Of a stretch of 64,000 bases of DNA, positions 12,505 to 24,844 are shown piece by piece; positions within the stretch are counted from its first letter, which is position 1; each line of letters starts with the position of its first letter. Below the pieces are notes generated by a model. It was not told the DNA's origin. It searched no databases and saw only the letters and a program-made list of their open reading frames with translations. A program made the position numbers and the translations under genes. The DNA is from Mobula hypostoma. Taxonomy: Eukaryota. The DNA lies in NCBI RefSeq assembly GCF_963921235.1, contig NC_086097.1, positions 187,118,001 through 187,182,000 on the forward strand. The letters are read 5' to 3'.

Positions 12505-13022
12505 GTCATGACTCAGGGTTGACCATGGATGCTGTGTCCCAGTTGTTATGCAAGCTGTTGCCCATGTAGCAGGTTCCCCTTCTCCATGTGGCTGATGATC
12601 TAAATGAACAGCAGAGAATGATCCAGTTTGGTGATACAGTGGTGTAGCTGGAGTTGCCAGTGAGCTTCAAACTCAATGTAGGACTCAGGGTTTACTCTCG
12701 AAGCCTTCCCCTTGTGTGGATATACCTGTAAGGCAGCAGAGGTTTGAGATCAGAGTTTTCCTTCTAGATGAGCTGCCAACCATGGCTGACGAGCCCTATC
12801 TTCCCAAAGTGACTGTTTTTAAGGTGCCAGTTACCTGCCTTTGCCCCTTCTCCTGTCAGAAGAAACAGTTCCGCCGGGCTTAGTAGCTAAGACACACGTG
12901 AAGGCCAGGAGCTAGAATTGGTTGTCAGAGGCTATTTGAGATGTACGCCACTGGGAGCATTTGATACGTGGTGGGAGTATAAACCTACCATCTCCCCCCC
13001 TCTGACAACCTTAAGGAACCAG
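12505..13022. mobile_element. Non-coding interspersed repeat, possibly RTE-associated
   Basis: GC-richer block with abrupt edges and no ORF; family assignment by resemblance only. Confidence 0.3.
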
Positions 13023-13746
13023 TGCCTTATGATGTTGTGTAGAAGTTACTTACAGTCAGGCAAGACACAAACAAACTATGCAAGGAAGACTAGATCCTTT
13101 TTTCATAATGAATTGGCTGATGTTCCTTTATGTTTATCCACATGAGAGGAATAATTAAATGTTGTTTGTTTAAATGAATATTGATACCACTTAGATCAAA
13201 AGCTTAAACTGCATGTTTGAGAGATTCCAACTTCTACTGATGCTCAACAATGCAGTTAATCACGAAAATCTACCCTGACCTTCCAGAGCTTCAAGCTGTA
13301 TGCTGATGAAGGATAAGTAAAAAACGACTGAACAATAATTATGCAATTGCATTAAGAAGTTTGTGTTAAATGTAGGACATCCAGTCAAGCCTTTAGCTTT
13401 CAGTTAGCAACCCAATCTTCATCTAAGTACAATAGATTTTTAAAACACATTTCTGCATCAGTGTTATATAGCAGCTCATTTCAAAAATGATCAGAGATGA
13501 TGTGCCAGGATATGAATTATGTTGATCAAAGTAGACTTGAAGGAAGTATTTTTAAAAGAAGAATGATTTGGAGACACCATGCCAAATCTCTGTGATGAAA
13601 ACTTGATTTATGCAGACCGACTTTATTAATGGTGAGAATATTAATTTTAATTTGATTTTACTGATTGATATCATTTGAAATAACTTTAGGATTGATAGAC
13701 TATTTTTAAAACAAGTAAAAATATTTTCAACAAAATAATGCAAATA

Positions 13747-13899
13747 CAGGTCGACCTTCACTAATCTGACTACCTGTAATCCGGTTCCTTCGATGATCCG
13801 CGCTGATTACGCTTAATATGATTCCTCTGTAATTCGGCATTTTCACTAATCCGACACTCCTCAGGTCCCAATGGTGCTGGATTAGTGAAGGTCAACCTG
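13747..13899. mobile_element. 153-bp pogo/Tigger-type MITE
   Basis: 20-bp TIRs CAGGTCGACCTTCACTAATC / GATTAGTGAAGGTCAACCTG (1 mismatch); TA on the left, right-hand TA not preserved. Confidence 0.85.
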
Positions 13900-13964
13900 A
13901 CAATAAATTGCTCTGCATTGAGATAGTTTATTGAGAAGCTTTGCTTTTGAAGTTAATTTTATGT

Positions 13965-14210
13965 ATTTAAAGATACAGCATGATAACTGGCTCTTCCCGC
14001 CCAATGCAGGAAGATCATGGTCTGAGTCGACATTCCCCCTCCTGCCCAATGAGCCCACACACCCAATTACATTCGTGACCAATTAACCTACTAACCTGCA
14101 TGTTTTTGGAATGTAGGAAGAAACCCAAATACCCAGAGGAAAGCCACATGGTCACAGGGAGAATATAAACAACTCCTTACAGACAAGGGTGTAATAGAAC
14201 ACAGGCCACC
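13965..14210 (-). mobile_element. V-SINE (HE1-like)
   Basis: Reverse complement of the V-domain: GGAG..GTT...TTCTCCCTGTGACCATGTGG.TTTCCTCTGGGTA...TTTCTTCCTACATTCCAAA. Confidence 0.7.
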
Positions 14211-14364
14211 GGCAATACACATGATCTCAGCAGGTCAGGCAGCATCTATGGATAGGAATAAACAGTTGATATTTTGGGCCGAGAAACCATGTTCAATGGT
14301 TCCATTTAATATCAGAGAATGTATACAATATACAGCCTGAAATTCCCACTCTCCACAGACATTA

Positions 14365-15066
14365 AAAACATAGAAAATCTACAGCACAGTACAGGCCCTT
14401 TGGCCCACAATGCTGTGCCAAACATGAACTTACTTTAGAAATTACCTGGGGTTACCCATAGCCCTCTATTTTTCTAAGCTCCATGTACCTATCCAGGAGT
14501 CTCTTAAAAGACCCCATCATATCTACCGGCAGTCCATTCCATGCATCCACCACTCTCTGTATAAAAAACTTACCCGTGACATCTCCTCTGTATCTGCTTC
14601 CAAGCACCTTAAAACTGTGCCCTCTCGTGATACCATTTCAGCCCTGGGGAAAAAGCCTCTGACTATCCACATGATCAATGCCTCTCATCATCTTATACAC
14701 TACAGTCAGGTTACCTCTCATCCTCCATCGCTCCAAGGAGAAAAGGCCAAGTTCACTGCCTATTCTCATAAGGCATGCTTCCCAATCCAGGCAACATCCT
14801 TGTGAATCTCCTCTGCACCCTTTCTGTAGTTTCCACATCCTTCCTGTAGTGAGGTGACCAGAACTGAGCACAGTACTCCCAGTGGGGTCTGACCAGGGTC
14901 CTATATAGCTGCAACATTACCTCTCGGCTCCTAAGCTCAATCCCATGATTGATGAAGGCTAATGCACCATATGCCTTCCTAACCACAGGGTCAACCTGCG
15001 CAGCAGCTTTGAGAATCCCTATGGATCCGGACCCCAAGATCTCTCTGATCCTCCACACTGCCAAGA
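14365..15066 (-). mobile_element. CR1 LINE 3' end
   Basis: ORF 14753-15064: LQLYRTLVRPHWEYCAQFWSPHYRKDVETTERVQRRFTRMLPGL; CR1-type tail near 14365-14420. Confidence 0.9.
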
Positions 15067-15272
15067 GTAAGAGTATTTTGGTAAGTTCTTTTGCATTATT
15101 TATTTTTCCTGTAAATGCCTGCTAGAAAATTAATCTTATTGTAGTATATTGTAGCATATCCATACTTTGATAATAAATTTACTACGAACTTTTGAAATTT
15201 GCCAGAACTAGTTTTAATATGTCTTTGACAGTTTGGTGAACACCAGTAATCTATTTTATATCACAATATATA

Positions 15273-16328
15273 CAGCGAATTCCAGTTAATTGGGGCACAC
15301 TGGGACCTGTACATTTTAGCTCAATTAAGTGGCTGCCCCAATCAGCCAAAGTTTCATGGAAATAGTTAAAAAGGTATAAAAAAAAGACAAACTACTGTTA
15401 AACGGAGTAGCAAATTATGCGTGTAACTGAAATACAGAACAAATTAGAACACTACCAATACTATTGGTGGTTGTACATTGTATCCGAAAATGACAGGAAA
15501 TCCATGCGGATTTATTGTTTATTAATAAATTTATTAAGTGGAAAAGCTGTTGCACTGGGACAGTTCCACTCGCTCAATCTTGGAAATCCAGGTCCAGTGG
15601 TGTGAGTAAATGTCATAACTGGGGTCTTCCCTGGTTGCTGTCAATGACCATGAAAACTTTTGTGCCCTATCATGCCCTTCGCTCTCCTCGGAGCATTGCA
15701 GAATAATCATCCTGGCCATTGAATCTCACTGTAGATTCGCCAGAGTTGACCTCACATGCTAGCACAGGCATGTCCCTATCTCATAGGGGGATGAATCCTG
15801 CCAACTGCTCTCAACTGCTTTAGCCTGCCTGCTGAAACAATGTACTGGTGTGGTCATTGTCACAGGCAAACAACTACTTGGAGCTACAGGTGAGAGCTGA
15901 GTGTCTGCTGGGGGCCAAAAATATCATACAAGATGAATGTCAGTACCTTCAAATTCTTCATAGTTCTTAACTTATTAAAATAGTAAAATCGTTTCATTTT
16001 CATTCCCGGCCATTTCTGGTATCTCCAAGCCTGAATGCTTGAAATTGCAGCGAACAAAACAGCTCAGAATTGGCTTACTGCTTATTTCTCATCAACTATC
16101 CGTGACAAAAATCGCTATGTTTTGAACACCAGTACACGTAACTAATGCAAGTTAAAAATGGCTTTACAAGTTCACACGACGAAACATGGTTAGAAACTGT
16201 TTGACAACACCTCCTATCCAAATTAAGTGACATAGTGTCCCTAATAAACAAGGGAATCCTGGCTATTTTCTTGATTAGATTATGTTCTTTAGGAATTGTC
16301 CCATAAGCAGCTGCCCCAATTAGCCCAA
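15273..16328. mobile_element. Tigger/pogo-like non-autonomous DNA transposon, interrupted by another repeat (~15595-15915)
   Basis: Begins TA|CAGCGAATTCCAGTTAATTGGG; the subterminal GCTGCCCCAAT motif recurs near 15335 and 16310; right TIR not found. Confidence 0.5.
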
Positions 16329-16329
16329 G

Positions 16330-16460
16330 AAAATCTGCAGATACTGGAAGTTCAAGGAACACACACAAAATGTTGGAGGAACTCAGCAGGCCAGGCAGCA
16401 ATCATGGAAAAGAGCAAACAGTCAACATTTTGGGCCGAGACCCTCCCCAGTCCTGATGAA
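16330..16460 (-). mobile_element. PLE tail fragment with start of an inverted arm
   Basis: Reverse complement of the tail at 340-470, followed by CCAGTCCTGATGAAG in the opposite orientation. Confidence 0.75.
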
Positions 16461-17164
16461 GAAATAGGAACATTCTCGAAACAGAAGAAAAATTCCCAAA
16501 GAATGAATGACAGAAAAAAAATGCAAGAACCCCAAAGCACGCAATCCTTCGCATGCACAAACAGCATCAACCCTTCCCCCACTTACTCTAGCATAAAGCA
16601 TCAGCATTCCCACCACCCACCATGTCAGTAACAGCAAAGTCCCCAAAAAGAGACCATGGTCTACAGTCCATCAAAAACTAACTGTTCACTCCGACATTTC
16701 AATGTCCCACAGGCTCTCTCTCTCATGAACAGAGAGAGACAGAGTCACAATTAATTAATTATGTGTCCTGTAGCTTTACATAATGGGGATGCAGTGGAAG
16801 TACATAGCTATTGTGGTCAATGCTAAAGTCTAGCCATAGGGTCCTGAATGGAATATTTCCTTCTTAAATGTTCAACGGTAATGAATGTAACTAAGAAAAT
16901 AAAACATTAATGGTGCCACAAGTCTCAGAGAAGACACCCAATTCATTACAGTCCCCGTGCATCTATGATTCAGTATCAAGCCTTGTCTGTTTTAGACGAT
17001 AGTGGATAAATAAATATTGGCCGACTGTATGCAGGCCAGGGGAAGAGGCAAATATTCTTCTTGGAAAGTGTCATTGAAACTTTTCCATTCTCTTGACAGG
17101 CTAGATGAGGACTTGCTGTAATCTTTCATCCCAAAGATGGCATATGTGACATTGCAAAATTATT

Positions 17165-17450
17165 TTATTTATTGAGAAACACAGTATAGAAAAAGTCCTT
17201 TCTGCTGAACGAGCTGCTCTGCCCTGCAACCCACCCATTCAACCCTAGTCTAATTGCAGGACAATTTACAATGACCATTAGCCTACTGACCAGTAGGTCT
17301 TTGGACTGTAGGAGGAATCCGGAGAACCCAGAGGATACCCATGTGTATCATGGCGAGTACATACAAACTCCTTACAGAGGAAGCTAGAATTGAACTCTGA
17401 ACTCTGACTCCCCAAGCTGTAATAGCATTGAACTAACACCATACAACTGT
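17165..17450 (-). mobile_element. V-SINE
   Basis: V-domain reverse complement at ~17295-17380. Confidence 0.7.
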
Positions 17451-17509
17451 GGCAGTTATTACATTTATGTTGTACTGAAGAACCTATCTGTTTGTGGATG
17501 CTCATGATA

Positions 17510-18712
17510 ACCTACGTCCACATAACGGAGGAGCTCACGTAGTCTGTACACACCAGCTATGTGGTGAAAAAGGCACAACAGCACCTCTTTCACCTCAGAT
17601 GGTTGAGGAAATTTGGTAAGGGCCCCAAATCCTTAGAACTTTCTACAGGGGCACAATTGAGAGCATTCTGACTGGCTGCATCACTGCCTGGTATGGGACC
17701 AGCAAATACCAGCCGGTTTAGCGAACAGAGCGGTGGACACCCTTGCTGAAATCCGGAGGAAAACACACAGAGGATGCAGAGGGGGATCACAAAGGCGAGA
17801 AAAGAGGACTAGGTTGAGACAACAGAAACTTATGGAGAAGAGGAGTTCGGTGGGTGATACCATTTCGGCTGACCGGAAGTGCACTGAGAGCAGAAAGCGT
17901 AAAGGAGTTGGGTGCTTGCTGATCTGGTTAACAACGGAAGGTGCAATCCGGGGCATATTACGATCGAGGAACATGTTTGCAGACTGGATATTGAACTTTT
18001 TACTGTTGGACTTCGGCCACATTCCACCGTGATACAACACTTGGCGGCACGGGAGGTCGTTCCTGCCTGTGGCCATCGAACGTGCAGCTCCTCCCGTGGA
18101 GGGTCAGACACCCTGAGCCAATAGACTGGTCCTGGACTTATTTTCCATCTGGCATGGTTTGCATTTTGTTGTTTGATTGTTGGTGGTTTTTGTATTGCTA
18201 TATTTATGCTCTATTCTTGGTTGGTGCGGCTGTAACGAAACCAAATTTCCCTTGGGATTAATAAAGTATATCTATCTATCTATCTATCTAACTGTACCTC
18301 CCTTAATTGCAGGATTCTGCAGAGAGTGGTGCGGATAGCCCAGCGCATCTGTAGTTGTGAACTTCCCATGATTCAGGACATTTACAAAGACAGGTGTGAA
18401 TAAAGGGCCCAAAGGATCACTGGGGACCCGAGTCACCCCAAACACAATCTATTCCAACTGCCACTATCTGGGAAACGGTACCGCAGCATAAAGGACAGGA
18501 CCACCAGGGTCCGGGACAGCTTCTTCCACTAGGCCATCAGTCTGATTAACTCACGCAGATCTGAGTTTATTTCTATGTTATATTGACTGTTCTATTTATT
18601 ATAAATTACTATGATTGCACATTGCACATTTAGATGGAGACGTAACGTAAAGATTTTTACTCATGTATGTGAAGGATGAAATAACATCAATTCAATTCAA
18701 TTCAATTCGATT
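17510..18712 (+). mobile_element. Rex1/Babar-type LINE 3' end interrupted by a nested element
   Basis: VVKKAQQHLFHLRWLRKFG...FYRGTIESILTGCITAWYG (17560-17697) resumes at ~18290; (AATTC)n tail at 18690-18712. Confidence 0.85.
17699..18289 (+). mobile_element. Nested ~590-bp internally deleted LINE derivative with (TATC)n tail
   Basis: 5' basic segment EIRRKTHRGCRGG; 3' TGTAACGAAACCAAATTTCCCTTGGGATTAATAAAG(TATC)n; a related tail lies at ~50745-50863. Confidence 0.65.
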
Positions 18713-19483
18713 CATCAAAATCAAAAGAACTGTCTAGTACCAATTTGACTAATAAAAGCTTTCACTTGTAGAACAATTAAATAAATTGTGACTCAATTTT
18801 CACAGAATTTTTATGGGTGTAGTGAGGGTGCAAATAAAGACAAAGAAAACCAATTTTTGGAGATTACTACCACCAAGTTCATAACAAGGAACTAGGTGTA
18901 TTGAACTAGAAAATGTATTGTGTGGGAAGAACATACTGTCTGGAGTAGTGAACGAATGATTTTTGGAGCATTCATTATAGACTTTGGAATCCAAGCCTGA
19001 TAGGTCTAAGTTCCCATCCTGAATCAGTACCTCCCCAGATACAGTTTTAAAAAAAGATACAAATTTTACTCTAGGTTTGAGACTTGATTGTTGTCACCAT
19101 GAATGAGTTGGAAGCCGCATTATTGACCAAGTTGACTGAATTCTGTTAGATATCACCAGCAAACTGGATCTGTGGGGATGGTAACAGAGCCAACATGAGG
19201 GAGTAGATCAATTGACCTCAGCCCCACTAAATATCATATGTTCATCTATCCATAACAGTATTGGTATAAGTAGCAATTGCATAACTTTTGGGAAATGAAA
19301 TCCTATCTTTCTATCTGTGACAATCTTCCATTGTGTTGCTCAGCATTTTTATTTTGCCTACCGGTTGGATAAAGAACAGATCTGGCAAGCCACGACTAGG
19401 ATTATGCAAAGCATTGTGGGCCATCAGCAGCAGCGTAATTCTATTCTGACAAAGTCTAAACATGACCTGCACTACTCACCCTA

Positions 19484-19890
19484 AGTCAAAGTCAAAGTTG
19501 AAATAAATTTTATTGTCAAAGTACATGCATATATGTCACCATGTACTGTACAACTCTGAGATTCATTTTCCTGTGGGCATACTCAGCAAATCTCTAGAGT
19601 AGTAACTATAACAAGATCAATGAAAGATCAACCAGAGCGTAGAAGACAACAAACTGTACAAATGTAAATAAGTAGCAATAAATAATGAGAACATGAGATA
19701 ATAAGACAGAGAGTCCTTTAAGTGAGATAATTGGTTATGGGAAACAACTCAATGATGGACAAGTGAGTGTAGTTATCCACTTCTTTTCAAGAGCCTGATA
19801 GTGGAGGGGTAGTAACTGTTCTTGAACCTGGAGGTGCAAGTCCTGAGGCACTTGTACCTTCTACCTGATGGCAGCAGTGAGAAGAAAGAG
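19484..19890 (-). mobile_element. Rex1/Babar-type LINE 3' end
   Basis: Minus strand FSLLPSGRRYKCLRTCTSRFKNSYYP; same 3' UTR as 60645-61645. Confidence 0.8.
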
Positions 19891-20111
19891 ACCACTAAGC
19901 CAAGAGATGTAATTTGGTTTAATTAAAAATATACAAGAAAATTCTATGAAATGCAACTTGCTTTCCATGAAAAACAAATGTGTGATGAAGCAAAATTGCT
20001 GAGATTTGTCGCAGCACAGAAGGAAACTACTTAGTCTATCATATTCATTTCAGTACACAGGACAACTTTTGTCAACTCTATTTCCACTCCCTGTATTCTG
20101 GCACATTATTC

Positions 20112-21205
20112 TGTCACGGTCCGGTCTGTGAAGATTGTATTTCGGTTCACAGTGCGGTCTATCGTTCCTTATTCCAGGTTTTCTGGTTTTCCCTTGTTCT
20201 ATTGGGTGCTCTAATTGAGGCACCTGATTCTCATTTTGGGCTGACTACGTAAATAGCTCCTGGGTTCAGCTTCATTTGCTGGACTGTTCCCTTCCCTTCC
20301 CTTCACCTTCCTCCTGAAGCCTCTGCCTGCAACCTCGCCTACAACCTCTGCCTGAAGCCTTGCCGGCAACCTCACCTGCATCCTCGCCTGTATTGCTGTC
20401 AAGTTCTACCACCGGAGCAAGACCGGAGCCTTGCTGTGTCTAGATAAGGAACTGTCTATCGTTGATTGGAACTGTCTCTGTGTCCACACCTTCGCTAGTT
20501 AGGTCCAGCCATTTGCCGCTACCTTGTGTTGGGAACCGTCTCGTCGTGTGCAGCATTCTGTGTATGAGTCCCGGCCCTACGTCTTGTTCCCAGGGAGGGG
20601 TCCCAGCTCTGTGTTCCATGTTCCTGTCTCTCAAGACCAAGGCTCTCCGTTCTGTGTTCCTGTCTCCCAAGATTACCAAGGCTCTGTGTTCTGCATTCCT
20701 GTCTCCCAAGATTACCAAGGCTCTGTGTTCCTGTCTCCTTCGACCAAGGCTCTGCTTTGTATTCTCATCCTGTCCATGTGCCTCATCCTGTCCTTGTGCC
20801 TCGCCCAGCCTGGTGCTGGAGATTCCTCATCCTGGGCTGGAGTTGCCTCATCCTGTCCAGGAGTCTCACATCCAGTCCTGTTGCCACTCTTCGTCCTGTA
20901 GCCACGTCTTGTCCTCGCCAGGATCCAGGGTTCGAGCCCGAGTCAAGACCCAGGTTCTGGGTCCCTGTCCAGTCCCTGGCTCGGAGTCCTTGTCCAGGAT
21001 CCAAGTTCCTTGTTCCTCGTCCAGATCCCACTTCCCTAGTCTAGTCCCAGCCCAGGCCCTGTATCCTAGCCCTGTCCAGGGCCTGTGTCTTGTCCAACGT
21101 TGTTTCTTCTCCACTTCCCTTGCCTTCTTGACACTCCTAGTCCTGTTCCTTGTACTTCAGTGTCTGTGTCTTGTATTTGGGTCTGCCAATACCGCCCATA
21201 TGACA
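20112..21205 (+). mobile_element. Solo LTR (probably Gypsy-type) with internal tandem repeats
   Basis: TGTCA...TGACA termini; ~35-40-bp imperfect repeats (CCAAGGCTCTGTGTT...CCTGTCTCCCAAGA) at ~20600-20755; TSD imperfect (TATTC/TAATT). Confidence 0.75.
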
Positions 21206-21269
21206 TAATTTTTTAAAAACGTACTTATAAACTTCTATTTTAACCTGCTTGAAGGAGTAACTCACTGCA

Positions 21270-21425
21270 GCCATTTGACCTATCAGTCCATTTTTGAGCT
21301 GTAGAAGGAAACCCATACTGTCACAAAGAGAACAAGCAAACGTCAACCAGAAGCCATGATTAAACCCAGATTCCAGGAGGTGAGAGACAGCAGCATTAAC
21401 TGTTGCCCAGCTGTACCACTGCATG
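21270..21425 (-). mobile_element. Degenerate V-SINE 5' part
   Basis: tRNA-like head and partial V-domain on the minus strand. Confidence 0.5.
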
Positions 21426-21700
21426 CTAAATAAAGAATAAAAAATATGTTGTGGGTGTAGGTGCTGGGTCATCAGGTAGAGGTGGATTTAGGATCATCTG
21501 CTGTGATAGGTTGATCCAGGGATTGTTGGGGGAGGGATGTTGGCCTGCAGTTAGATTAAGTGGATTGTACTTTGCAATCAGTAGGTGAGGTATGAATTTG
21601 CAAGAGCAGAACTTTGATGGAAGTCTAGGATAACCTGAGAGTACAGGGAAATGGGGAGACAGGATGGTTAGACATAATAGAGAGTTGCCAGAAAAGTATG

Positions 21701-22550
21701 TGTTACATACCTCAAGGAGATCTTGTGACTTTCTTGTGAGAATGATGTAATGGTCTTTTGGAGGTCACCTGATGTAATTTTCCTGCCGATGTGAGGTCAC
21801 ATGATGACATGTTCACCGCGGGTATAAAAGGGAAGACCTCCGGTGATGCAGTTAGTTTTCCAGCTAGACCGTTCGTCAGTGTCTCCGTTCCATTGCGTAT
21901 TGTTTTATGACGCAGTTTCATTTTTAAAATGGAGTGTTACATTCTATTGTAAGGTATAATAGTGCTGGACTGGCAATTTCTGCCAGGTTTGTTGATGTAT
22001 GTTTTTAGTAGTATTGGAGAGTGAACACTTTATTGAAGTACAGGACCTGAAGGATTAAGAGAAGTTTGTATCGTTCGGCAGTTTAATAAAGGATCGACCT
22101 CATTGAGTCTTTGTTGAAGAAGTAGCGACCTGCATCGAAGATAACTCCTGACAAAAGAGAAAGGAAATTCATGCAAAGTTTGCTGTCTAGAAATTAAGGT
22201 CAGTTGTTTTAAGCCGTTTATTTCCTTCATCATGAATCCTTTGGACAAAACCAGCAGGAAAGTCACGTCTATGAAGAAATCCTTCTCCAGAGAAGTCTCT
22301 TCCAATTGAATGTATAAATCTGTTGGACTTCCGAATTCACCATTTTAAGAACTGTATTTGACTTTACCACTTTAAGAACTGTTTTCGCATTTATCGCTTT
22401 AAGAACCAGTACTGAGTGGCGATTTGTTGAACGGTCGCATAGCGGTTAACTTCCTGTTAAGGTTTTCGTTTTTTTAATTGTTTAATAAATGTTTGGTTGT
22501 TTTTATATAACCTGACTCACTTGATATTCATTGTTGCCGGTTACGTAACA
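21701..22550 (+). mobile_element. 850-bp solo LTR with 4-bp TSD
   Basis: TGTTAC...GTAACA termini; TATG on both sides (21697-21700, 22551-22554); TATAAAA 21823-21829; AATAAA 22484-22489. Confidence 0.9.
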
Positions 22551-22779
22551 TATGTTATGGTTGCTCAGTCATATTTCTCCTATTTTCTCATGATGTCGAA
22601 GAAAGGCATCATTCAGAGTTCATTTCAGCTCTTAGAACAATCCTAAGATCCCAGCGATCTGATTTCACCCACTTACTTCCTTATACTTTTCTTTCTCATG
22701 TTTCTCTGTACTAATTATTCTACTACCTACCTACATTTGGAAATGTGTTGGCCCTGTTGGTTTCAGCATTGCTTAGAAG

Positions 22780-23800
22780 GCCAAAGTAAGCAATCCAGCA
22801 AACAGTGGATCAGATGAAAGGCCAACAGTCCTGTCACATCCAGTCATGATTAGTGGTAGACAAGAAGTGAGAGATCAATCCTAATCCTTATTATTGGCAG
22901 TAACTACCATTGAAATGTAAAGGACAAGACTTAAGGCATTGGCCAGAAATGCCGATTCAATGATATGAGTTTACTCCTGAGATCCCAACTACTAAAGAGA
23001 GAAGTTCTCAATCAATTTAATTCACTCAACATGATACCAAGATCCAGTTGAGTGCAGTGGATGCAGTGAGCAATGCCAATTGATGCCATTTTCCTGGCTG
23101 TAGCACTAAGATCATTACTCCAAAACCTAGCAGTGCTTCTGATCAAGCTGCTTCATTTCAGATATAACACTGCCATTAGCCAGCTTGTGGAAGATTACCC
23201 AAGCACATTCAGTCTGTAAAAAGCAGGAAAGCTGTATCCAGGTATTTACCATCTCATCAGTCTGCTTTCATTCTTTAGCAAAGTGATGGAAGGTGTCACT
23301 CACAATGCTAGCAAGCATCGCTTACGCACCAATAATTTGCACAATAATGCTGAATTTAATGTCTCCCAACAGTTTTCAGGTCCAGTTTTCATCATAGGCT
23401 TGATGTAAACATATCCAAAGAGCACTGAGTGGTCATGTCCTCTTAGATGGTGAGGTATTCCATGTTAACATGTATAAATGAACAGGCCAATATTAAGGCA
23501 TAGCCTAATAAGTAGCAAGTAATGTTCTTACTACTCGTGAACAACATAATAACCATTCCCAACAATCAAGAATCGAATCCTTCTCATTGACCAGCAGAGT
23601 TTCCACCAACAATATACTGTGGTGTGAGGGGTGAGGCTTGGGATGTCAGCATTGACTGATCCAGCCACTAAATACAGTGACTGCAAGATTTGCCATGCTG
23701 GGATGAGTGGATCACTTCCTGACTGCCCACGACCATTTTGCCATCAAAAAGGCAGATATCTGGAGTGTAATTGAATACACGGTGTTGGTCTCGATCATTA
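22780..23800 (+). mobile_element. Old CR1/L2-group LINE RT fragment
   Basis: ISLLSFFSKVMEGV...NNL remnant at ~23255-23350. Confidence 0.6.
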
Positions 23801-23924
23801 TAGCTACCTGGGGAAAGCCTGTGGCCCAGACAGAGTCTTCAGCCTTGTTCTTAGATCCTGTGCAGACTGGCTAATATGTTATTTTTTCAAATATTATTAA
23901 CCTCCTCTTATTCCAATCTAAGGT

Positions 23925-24520
23925 TCCTGTCTGCTTTAAGCAGACCACTAGTGGTAGTGTGCGTCCTTCACGAGCGTTGAGGACCACTGACATCCTTGGG
24001 TGGGTGTGTTTGTGATGTTGTGACTTGTGCATGAGTTTGATTAAAAGTGAGGGAGAGTTACGCAGGTCATCAACGTCATTCTCTTGTCCTAGTCTATCTG
24101 GATCCAGTGGCAAGACGAGAGTGAAGACAACTGGAGATAGGTCAGGATACAGTGGATGACTAAGGTGATATACGTGTCTTGCTGTGCTCTCTATGCTCTA
24201 CAGTGCATTCTGGGAGACACCTTTCTGCCCATTGAATCTGCTGGTGGGTTTCCTCCACACATTCTGCTGAATCCAGTTTTCACATGATTTCGGTAGACAA
24301 GCCTGAAATCACCAAGGTGTAAAAAAAATCCCAACAGCTACTCTTACCTGTTTGCAAGCCTGTTGAAGTCGTTGCCTGGGATGTGGCCACTGTCACATGC
24401 AAACAGCTTTCTTGGAGCCACAGGTGAGAGCTGAGTGCCAGGTGAGGACCTACCTCAGATGGTATGATATGTCTTCTCACCAGAGGTGTTACCCTTCCCT
24501 GACCACTAACATCTAAGAAT
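23925..24520. mobile_element. Non-coding repeat of the same family as ~15595-15915
   Basis: Shared blocks such as TGGA..CCAGTGG and TTGGAGC.ACAGGTGAGAGCTGAGTG. Confidence 0.55.
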
Positions 24521-24844
24521 AATAAGGTAACATGGTTAGTGAGTACTACCCAGTGGCCCATCATCATATAACCATATAACAATTACAGCACGGAAACAGG
24601 CCCTCTCGGTCCTTCTAGTCCGTGCCAAGCTAATGAAGTGCTTCCTGAAGTGCTTCACGAGCGTTGAGGACCACTGACATCCTTGGGTGGGTGTGTTTGT
24701 GATGTTGTGACTTGCGCATGAGTTTGATTAAAGTGAGGGAGAGTTACACAGGTCATCAACCTCATTCTCTCGTCCTAGTCTATCTGGATTCAGTGGCAAG
24801 ATGAGAATCATGAAGTGGTTCGAGGGGTTGTCATGTCAGACATC

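Noticed and set aside
20600..20755. Repeat cluster as a CRISPR-like array
   Set aside because: Head-to-tail imperfect units without unique spacers.
20462..21208. 248-aa ORF, the longest in the window
   Set aside because: Lies within a solo LTR and is built from tandem low-complexity repeats.
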